Origin: Tubulanus polymorphus
Lineage: Eukaryota; Animalia; Nemertea
Direction of reading: 5' to 3'
DNA: 64,000 nt
Assembly: GCF_964204645.1 (NCBI RefSeq)
Contig: NC_134025.1
Location: forward strand, 12,152,001-12,216,000
In this document: piece after piece, positions 11,331 to 22,100 of the stretch
How positions within the stretch are numbered: position 1 is the stretch's first letter
Layout: every line of letters begins with the position of its first letter
The notes under the pieces: model-generated
Database searches by the model: none
The model's input: only the letters and a program-made list of their open reading frames with translations
Told to the model about the DNA's origin: nothing
Made by a program: the position numbers and the translations under genes

Positions 11331-12452
11331 TTTTTAGCCCACTTGGGACTTTAGTCCCAGCGGGGCTATTGCGTTCACTTTTCGTCCGTCGTCCGTCGGT
11401 CCGTTCGTCCGTCCGTAGACGGAATCAAGTTATTTTGGGAAGTTTTGAAGACGCTTCAATGTAATGTCTTGATATTTGGGTTACACATTTATCTACCCTA
11501 GACACATCTTCAGCCCAAAAACTGGCCCTTTCAGAATCAAGATGGCCGACTGGCAGCCATTGTTGTTCGCCAAAATCAGCACTTTTTACACATTTTTGAA
11601 CTTTTTAATGGAAATTTTGAAGACGCTACAAACAATTACCTTGATCTTTCGGATATATGTGAATCCCCCTAGGGCCCATCAGCATAACAAAAATTAGGTT
11701 GATCGGACTCAAGATGGCCGTCCTATGACCTTTTTAGTGCCAAAAAATGTTAATTTTGGCCCGAATTCTGAGTCCTGTAGCTTCCTACTGGTTTGCCATT
11801 TCTCATTGCAATTTGTGATTGGTATTCTTTAGGGATGTTTTATACCTGAGACAGGTATTTTTCATCAGCCAATTATGACGCAATTGGCGGCCATCTTGGT
11901 GTCACCAGTACTCATTCATAAGTGGGAAAAAGTTTTTCCACATTATATTGATACCTAAGCGTATTTTGCTACCACAATCTATTAGAAAGTTGTAGCTCAT
12001 AATGTGTTCAATGATTGTGGTGAGTTTCAAGGTAATTGGATTTATTATATGGCCACCAGGGGACGTTGAATAATACAATATCTTCGCATTTCTTTATTAT
12101 TTTCGTACCTATGCATATTTTGTAACCACAATCAATTGGAAAGTTGTAGCTCATGACATCATCTATGATTGTTGCGAGTTTTAAGGACATTAGTTATTCT
12201 ATATGGTCACCAGGGGGCGTTGAATAGTAGAATAACTTAGTATTTCCTTATTATATTGGTACCTAGGCATATTTTGTTACCATGATCAATTGCAAAATCG
12301 TAGCTGCTGACATGTTCTATGATTGTGGTGAGTTTCAAGGTCATTGGTTTTTGTATATGGTCACCAGGGGGCGTTGAATATTGAAATTATTAGATAGTTG
12401 AGCATTTGGAACCACTTCCCAAGTGGGCATGGTGTCCCTGGACCCCTAGTTT
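11331..12452 (+). mobile_element. Helentron-associated / DINE-1-like non-autonomous element, copy 1 (3 internal 154-bp units)
   Basis: 5' T-run plus subTIR GCCCACTTGGGA with an adjacent inverted copy, a (GTCC)n microsatellite, internal tandem units, 3' subTIR TCCCAAGTGGGC, a short hairpin and a CTAG-TTT end. No TSD. Near-identical copies at 57859 and 61609. Confidence 0.85.
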
Positions 12453-12990
12453 AGGTCTCTTTCATTATTAGATTTAATTATACTCCTAGATCATAATGCA
12501 GTGGAAACTCGTTACAGCGAACTTCACGGGTGTTGCTAAAACTATGCACTTCTCTAAAACTATGCACTACTAAAACGACGACCGAAGACCTTGTAGGTGG
12601 TGCATTTTTCCAGAAAATGGTCGTACAACCTACACGTAAATAACACAATGATTCTGGGTCCCGATTATTGCATTCACTTTCACTTTTTCGTGTATTTCAC
12701 AAAGCATTGTTTGCTCAGCTAAAATGGGAAGTGGAGTTGCAGCAGAAAACGTGCGTACCTGGTGTGTTGGGGCTAAAATTCGTGTGCCTCGTAGTACATT
12801 GTACTACAGTGCCTGATTAGATATGACTTGCTCGCTTGTAGGTCTATTATGATATTTACTCGTTGTATGGCATACTTTGACAGGAAATGCATTGCGGTAT
12901 TCCATTGTTAGATCTGCGAACAGACGTATATACGGCAGTCACCAATTTATTTACAGGTCTAGAACAGTCATATACTTGACATCTTAAGTT

Positions 12991-15900
12991 ATGACAGCAC
13001 TAAGATGGGGTATAGCTGGAGCCGGTGGAATTAGTCGCAGTTTCGTCGTCGCTCTCCGAACACTGCCCAAGTCAGAACACCAGGTATATAGGTCGAATGT
13101 AATGGCGTGTTGAAAATGTTCAAACTTGCGTTTTATTTATTTACATATACTGTCATTTCTTTTTTGGCTAATTTTAATCTAAATTGTTTATCATCTTTCG
13201 TACATGTATATACTAACAATTAGTTAGTAGCAGTTGGAGCCAGAGATGTGGGTAGGGCGCGGCAGTTTTGCGATGACAACATGATCGCAACGGCAAAAGC
13301 ACATGGGTCCTATGCGGAATTAGCACGCGATGACTGTATCGGTAAGTGGCAATTCTTCGTAACGCACAAATTCGTACCAGTGGTGTCAACCCTTATAACC
13401 GTGATTTATTTTACATATGCGCCTGAACGTCAAACCACACTATTTTGTGTCCATCACCACACCGCATCTATATCGTTTATATCATAGTAAATTAGTGGTC
13501 AATCAATGCAACCTTGATTTGTGGTATCAGTCACCATGGAAACTGCGTCTGAACCTAGCTATTGTTGGAATAACTATTATCAATAAGTTATTTGTACTAT
13601 GTATTTTTGCCATATTTCGTGAATAATAAGTTAATTTGCAAGTTGCTAAAATGCTGAAACCCAATGAAACTATTGTTACCAAGATATGCTGTTTTAAGAT
13701 TAATATGTTCAACATATCTTCAAATTCACGTTCGTAGTTCAAAGATTTTCTACGAAATCTTTAAACGGTTTTAAAGTTAATATTCTATTTGGATAATATT
13801 GAAGAATTTGTATATTAATTTTTCGAATTACAGATGTTGTCTATGTTGGCGTTGTGACTGGTATGCACCATGATGTCGTCAATTTATTGTTAAAGGCAGG
13901 AAAGCACGTTGTCTGTGAAAAGCCGCTTGGAGTGAACGCTCAACAGGTGTCCAGTATGATAGAATGTGCAAGAAAATACAAAAGATTTCTTATGGAAGTG
14001 AGTTGTAGACATAACTTATGATCGAAAAATTTATCATAAGTAGATACGTGAATTATTTAAAATAAAACGCCAGAGTCCACATTGTGCAGTCTTACACAAG
14101 GGCTGGATGTCGTTGTCTACTGCTACATGCGTATAGCTTCCTAGCCTATTTGGGTGAAAGCCACAAAAGCTATTGCGTCCAACTCTAGGCGGAAAGTATT
14201 TTGGAGGTTTTCATCACGCTTTGTTAGATTTTCTTGGCGTTTGGTGTTAGATGTTTGTCCAGCCCGACAATTGGCATACACAAGCTGAAATAAAATGAAA
14301 CATTTTTTCTCCTTAACGGCCGGGTCACCTGCAATGAAATATCGTTTCTATAGCTACCGGGTCTGCTATGGCTTGCTTGATCACGATATTAAAATGGTAT
14401 TTGTATTTTCGTAGAACCGATTATCGAGGAAAAATTGGCTTGATTTGACATGATTATATGGTCAACCCGTGGAGCCCTTCTTATGTACCAAAAGGTCATG
14501 TTAGTTTGTCTAAATTGTTTGGCTTGGTTTGCCATATTACATGCCATATTAATATGAGATGGGCATAATTTGGGTAGGAATCTTCGGGCCTCGATCATAG
14601 ATGCAAAATGGGTTTTTTTTCGAGGAAAATATGAACATGTTTGAAGATATGATTTTCGAAAAATCAATAGCACTGTCACAGGTTCACCTTCACCCAGTCC
14701 TGGGAGTGGTTATTTCCACAGTGATCTCCGTCGCTCTACGATCCTAAAAAGTGTTCCAAGCGTGCCTGTGGTACATCCAGACACTAAAGTTCTAGGTTAA
14801 TGCGACATAATACTTTCACCGTAGAATTGAGATTTGTTTCCCAAGGAGGTTCTGCGTTGAATTATATATTATTCTGTCCTGCATACTCTGGCTTAAGACT
14901 AAGTTAGGCTAAAAAAAATTGATACCTTGTTTCTCCACTCTGCTGAGCTTAAAAGTTGACCCGGCCGGCCGCCTATCTACTCTATACATTACTTTTTTTA
15001 AAATCGTGATCAATTTTACCATAACAGACCCGGCCGCTATAGAAATGAACTGTTTACAAATTTTATCATATTTTATAAAAATGACCTGGCCGCTGCGGAG
15101 AAACAAGTTATCATTTTTGTTTAGCCTTATATACCAAGAACTGACTAGATAAACCCGAACAAAGAAAGGTTCATTCACTTAATTTCCAGTATAAGTATAT
15201 CAAACAATCTCTCTACTTTTCTTAGGAAAGATCTTTAATATCCGTCCTCAACTGATGAAGGGGTAATCTAACTATGTGCAGTGTGACCATGCATAGATAA
15301 ATGCCATGTATTTCATAAACCTTCGTGGAAAGGCTTTAAATTACCTTTGGTATATTATGTATCTAATGTATTTATATACTTGAATGATCTTCATGTATCC
15401 GCCATACAGTATTATGTAACTGTGTTGTATCATAAAAATTTGTTTTTTGATATTATAAGCTAATGATAATAATAACATATACAATATTGGATACCGGTAC
15501 CTAGCGGTATACGTTGTAACCACAAAGCCAAGTGAACAAAACCTCCCACAAACTGACAAAAATGTTCGTTTCTTTCTGATTTGATGCTCGAGTTAACGCA
15601 TGTTTTATCAAATCTCCATCGGCGTTACGTCCAAAGCCCTCAACAGTTTCGCGCCTATGACGCTAGCCGTTGTAATTCATGCGTCACATGACATGCGTCC
15701 GTACGACATGCGCGATATCGCGCGGAGCTCTTTTTTTCCGGTGGCAAAAGTTAGAAAGCTTTAAAAGCCGTCAAAATGCTCTTCATAGGAGAACTATGTG
15801 CTCTTCAATTGCGAATGGAGTTTAGTTGCTATTGATGTATGCCTTTCTTTTAAGGGAGTATGGTCATTATTCTTTCCTGCGATGGTTCGACTTCGTGAGG

Positions 15901-17700
15901 AATTAGAACGCGAAACTGTGGGTGAACCGACGATAGTTACCGGTCATTTTGGTATGAAACTTGATTCCAGCGTAAATATGTATGGACCAGATGGAGGTTC
16001 TTTGATACATTTGGGCATGTATCTAGTTGCATTTGCTCGTTATATTTTCCGAGAAAAATCGCATTCAGTGGCAGCCGTTGCGGAGCCATACCCATCGGGT
16101 AGGTAAAACATCGTCATAGGTGCACTTGATAATAAATGCAGTGCAATATTCAACCAAGCCACCATAAGTCTATTCTAAATCCAACATTGGTTCCATTTCA
16201 GGGGTGGATGCCTGCACGGCGTTTTCTATTAAATATCCTCGAGGTAAAATGGCTACGTTTATCTGTTCAAGTCAAATTACATGCGATGATAACGGTGTGA
16301 CCGTATATGGCACTAAAGGAAAATTGGAGGTAAATAGCTGCCCTATGGGTAGAATATTACTCATAACTGTCAGAATATATTTCGGAATATCTAAAAATCT
16401 ATTTGGATCAAGTCCGAGGGCCCGTTTCACAGAACACTTGAGCTTTCGTTGTTATGACTAATGAGTCAGATCTGCAGATGAATCTCTATCTTCAGTGAAA
16501 CCATGAAATAGTTACAGCCAATGCCATGAAGTTACCAATCTTTTTAGGCGCCTTCCTTAAAAAAACTGTAACTGTGTCCGATTCTTGCAGCCGAGTAAAA
16601 TGAAATTAACACCATCAAAAAAAGGAAATTGTCACTTTTCTTGCGATACATAACTTAAATTTTTGTGGCATAAGGAGGATGGATGGCAATAAATCTCACT
16701 AAAAATGTTGAAATCTGTCCAACAATGTGGGAACCGCAGGTCCACTTCAAAACGATGACTGTTAGCTACATCCCTATTGGGAAATCTATTAGTATATTTT
16801 TTACGCCAAATGGCGTAAGAAATACACATGTATTGCACTACATGCACTACTCGTAGCTTTTTCCATACAGCATACCATTGAACTCTCTGAAAGCGCATTT
16901 GTACTGTTAGAGGATACTTGTGCTTTGTAAATGACAATTATCATTATCATTGTTACTCATATCGTATTTCGATGTTTACAGATACCCAACAGCATCCAGT
17001 CCCCGACTCGCTTGAATACACCTGAACGTAAACATGATTTCACCTCAGACCTGCCGCACGCAGATGTTCAGACCAACCACAAAAACGCAACTGGTTTCAC
17101 TTACCAGATTAAACACGTCAAAGAATGTTTAGAAAAAGGTAAATTAGAGATAGATCTATACAGTCATCAATCTGGTACCACCCTACATTCGAAACGTCAT
17201 CGTCGTTTTCCATTGCCATTGTTTGTTTATCTCACTTAATTAACGTCATTCAGATTAGGAAGACTTACCCTAAATCAGCTCATACAGTGAATGCAACAGC
17301 ATCAAGCGTTATCCCAACGAGCTAACGGGCCCCTTTGATTGTCAAGGTTTCCCGTGTGTTCAGGCCTCTTTTGGAAAAATGCACTACAAACGCATTAGAC
17401 ATTTTCTATCAGCACACTTTCAAAAATTGTGGGTGTCGTAAAAACCTGCAGCAAATCTACATGTATTACTTAATATTAAAACTAACCCGTCCTATGAAAC
17501 TGCGATACGTAATTTCTCTTCTGTTTCCTTTGCTTTTCACTGGTGCAATGTTTAATGATTAGTTTAAGGAAATTGATTATTTCTGTGTTCTTATAGGCTT
17601 ATTGGAGAGTCCAATCATTAGCCACGAAGATTCACTGGAAATCGTTAAAACGTTGGACGAGATTCGCAAACAAGCGAATATCACCTATGATTGTGACTAA
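12991..17700 (+). CDS. DHDH: Trans-1,2-dihydrobenzene-1,2-diol dehydrogenase-like (Gfo/Idh/MocA family), 7 coding exons
   Basis: Exons 12991-13083, 13224-13341, 13834-13997, 15855-16098, 16202-16329, 16982-17138, 17597-17700. Motifs LRWGIAGAGGIS, AHGSYAELA, GKHVVCEKPL, FLMEGVWS.FFPA, GLLESPIISHEDSL..LDEIRKQ. Confidence 0.92.
14689..14800 (+). repeat. Dispersed repeat of about 100 bp, copy 1 (core GTGATCTCCGTCGCTCTACGATCCTA)
   Basis: Homologous to 33912-34011 and to the reverse complement at about 55403-55468. Confidence 0.8.
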
Positions 17701-18664
17701 GGGATTGTGTAACAAGAATGGATATGAATAGATTGACATGATGATAGAACATGCTTTAAATACAAAATTTATATGCTTTTTTCGCAATTAAATATTCTTT
17801 TCGATTGGCTTTCGTTTTTATCAGTTATTGTTTAAGCTAGAGAGATATATAAAGATACATGTTTGTATAAAAAGAGATATTTTTTTAAAAATTCTTAATA
17901 AGATTTAAAAAATTGTAACAACATTTTCTATAAGCTGCTAACCGCAAGTACCCTACAATAATTCTACGTATCGGCGACACTGACGTCAAAACTGTTTCCT
18001 GAACACTAGCCACTATAAATTGTAGGTCATTGTGATCAATCGAGTATGCGCATTGAAACTGCCGGTGGCAGGTCCGTTGAAATCAGGCGCACCTAGCCTT
18101 AGATTTGATGATATACATGTACGTCGCGTTGCGGCTAAACCATCGAACAAGTTAGATATCGGCGTTAATTGACACTAGCAAAACGCTTGAACATTTGACC
18201 CGCACGGTGAATTCTACGCCTGGGGTACCTGTTGTGGCGTCTTGTCGAAAGTACTCTCCAGAAAATACATGAAGAGAAATACCACAATTGAATACTAAAA
18301 CAGTTCAAAAATTTAATAGTTGAGACCACAAAATTGGTACGCCGTACCGTGTTTAACATCTAGATTAGGCGCCATTAATGATTGGTGGTAAATCGGTTGA
18401 AATATTCTCGACGTTCATGTCGCATGTCATGAATTTATTGTAAAGTACATAAATGCGGATCCAGTGATCGGTTGCCAATTTTGCAAGAGTTGTTGTCGAT
18501 TCAAGCATAGCTCCGTAAAACACTGACTATGTACATTTTATATAGGCCTCTGCATATTGCACTGAGACAATGTCATCATAAAGCATAATATCGTTTTAAA
18601 GCATTATATCGTTTTGACCGATTTAAAAAGAAATAATTTCTTCATGACTAAAGTTCTTTGAATA

Positions 18665-18850
<186 letters not shown>

Positions 18851-19152
18851 CATACATTAGAGCACGCATGCACTGATCCCTCCCCCTCCCTTGAGATGAT
18901 TGTTCGTAGGTCCGGAGGAGTCGAGGCTTTACGGGCCCACTAGTATAATACGTAAGTTGGTCTCCATCTCATTATCAATAAGAACAAATCATTGAGATAA
19001 TAAAGTAACAGTTATCGGTTTGTTGCTCAGCTTCATCGCTGGTCTCACTACTCGGTACCAGTCATTTCGGTTAATCGGTTTTAGTAATACTTAGATATAC
19101 ATTATTTGGAAAGACCCATATTCTTAGTGAAATGATATCTCTATAGCGGAAT

Positions 19153-22100
19153 TTACTGCGTATACGAAATTTTTTGAGATGTCTCTTCGTAAACAGTTGT
19201 AGTTATTACCGTAGTTGTTGTTATATTGATATCGGAACCAGTGCTGTTCCTGAAGTCCGTATCGGAAGTTTGCACTTCGAATCTAATATAAACGCACAAA
19301 GCCAACAATAACACCAATATCAACGCGACGACGATCCTACTGAGCACTAACTGTGCGTCATATAGCTGTGCCCTCTCTTCCGACTGGATGATATCTCCCA
19401 TCAATATGACACTGGTGCGTCGCTTTTCCAATAAATCTGTAAATTTGAAAGATCTCGCGTTTTACAAAGTTTGACAAAACAAACATAATCATGAAAATTA
19501 CACGAGTACTTGGCATATGTAATACCTGATTGCTCCGTATTTTGTTCCTCTTCGCCACGCGTGGCTTCTTTGACTCGTCGTTGTGCTATTTCCACTTGTT
19601 TTTCCCAATCAGTCTTGACAAATATCAAACTTAGAAGTAATGCATTCATACCGACCCCGATGCACATCCCGATCCAAAACCCTGAAGAAAATCAAAACGT
19701 CTAAAGGCTCGGTTCCGCAGTTGTGAGCTACAGTAAAAATCCGTTAGTAAAAATTTGTTAATTTTAGAACCAGTGTCAAATTCAACCTAGCGTAGAACTG
19801 CGGATCGTGCCATACTTCTTTTTAACTACCTTTAGTCTGCAGCCAGGTAAGGAACAGTAACGCAGAACCGGTAGATAGACCACAGAGGTAGTATCCGACG
19901 AATATCGTGCCCGCTCCAATTATCTGTCGACCGCATCCGCGCATAGCGCCGTTTAATGGTTGCTGCACAAAATATAATCTATCTATTATGTATAGAATTG
20001 ATATCGTAAAATTAGTCTGCGGACCACAGTAAGTGAAAAATGAGTGATCAGTTTATTATGTATATTATATACTCACTCCTAGCGCATCCAATACCGAGTA
20101 TAATGCAATGAATGGGATAAGTTTTGACGTTAATTCTATAACAGATCTGAAATATATATATATATATAGCTTTCTATCTGAACGTCTTCTATCTAGGTTC
20201 TGCAAATGACGCGAAATGTAAAATCTAACACTTACGAATCAGCTGAGAACATGTACGGCAGCCACGGACTCAAAATTAACAACATGATTGAAATGAAGGC
20301 CTGCGATATGACTGAAATATAAAATCAGATAACAACAGCGATTTTCAGCTACTTATCCGCTCATTAAGCAATATCTTACTTACAAGTCAATGAAAAAGCT
20401 ACTATAACAGACTGTTTCGCTTGTTTAGCCTGAGACATCCCTAGACACTGGCCGACTCGTATGCTACAGGCTATAGAGACCCCTAGTGGTATCTAAAAAC
20501 AAAAACAATGATGTAAAAACATCAGGACTAACAAATTGCAATGAAAAAGTAATTTTAGATTGAATTATGTTGAGCATTATTTTAGCTAAATTCATCAATG
20601 ATCGCTAAAAACACTGATTATATTGTAATTACCATGAAAACGACAAAATCTATTTGATGCATGATCGACTGGGCGGCTAATTCAACCTCACCAAGAATAC
20701 CTATTGCAAAAAAAGATGTCCAGCGAAAGATAAAAGCTTTATTATAATTGATTAATGCAGACGATATTTTTTTCTTATTAAGTAGGTCGTTCTTTATTTT
20801 TCTCGTCAGATACGTCAGACCTACCTGCTTCAAACATGCCGATTTCAAAACAAAAGAAATCAAGAAACAACATGAGAGATCCGGGAATAGCTATTCCAAC
20901 AAACTGGCCCCATCGGAAAAACGCCGCTTTTGACCAACCTTATACGAAACGAAGAATATTCATCTTAATTTTGAATACAAATGTATATATGGTACATGTA
21001 AACCGGTCTAGGCGAAAAACTCTTTATCACACTCGCACACTGACCGGACCATGTTGGCTTGTGAAATCCTGTAACCAGAATGTATCCGATTACACCAAGT
21101 AAAAATGATAAATGCGCCAGAACTTGACTCAATGCGGAACCCCTGAAACAGAAAATTTACATGTAAAAACTGAGGCCTTTTTGAATTACTTGGAGACGGA
21201 TTTTTTTCGGGATTTAGCATCATAGCAGTGATTGATTTTGTTTGGAAGCAAATCCTAGTCGAAGTCCGAAGCTCCACCCTATCGCAGAATCTAATCTAGT
21301 ACTGCTATCTATCCATAAAGGCAAGCACATGCGAACGAGTCACATCAGAGTTGGATCTCTTTTCGATTTGAATCGTAGAAGGTTAAGGTACTTTCGTCTA
21401 AAACTGTTATATGTATACAAATGAAGGCATATATCATAGGCGGTTTATATCTTTTCAAAACTATATTGTCAAAATTGAATCAGTATTCCAATATATATAT
21501 AATTATTTTACGCCTTGAGAAAATATAGAATGTTTTAGGATGTGACGTAGCGTCCATCCACCGCGCATCAATGCAATTTTTTTCATCAAAATAATCAGCG
21601 GCACGTGTTAAATGGAAATGGAAATACGTTCAAATGAATTTATCTTCGATTAGATTACTTTCATAATGTATCAATCGGTCAGGTGCGTTTTGGGCGCGTT
21701 GTGTATCTTATCACTATCAAACGTCTTATTTGGACAAACCTTGCTGTACTATAACATGTATCACTCATTATACAATTAAGGGAAGATATTCTTTGTCAAA
21801 GTTATTTCGCCATATTACCGGTTTGCGTACACAGAGCCGAGACGTTCTACGCATCGATAGACTTCAACGTCTAGCTTAATATCACGCTCAATAGTACTCA
21901 TTCCTTAGATTTCATGTGGTCATGTTTTTATAACGCGTTTTAAAAACAACAAAAAAAAAACATTTTAAAAACAAAACATTTTAAAAAGTGAAAACAATTT
22001 TCTTGTATCAATGAAGTTTTTCAATATTATGTTTTTGCCGAATTCCGGGAGTTGGAGTTATAATTTAGCACCCACATACGATTTCTATGATCATTCCTAT

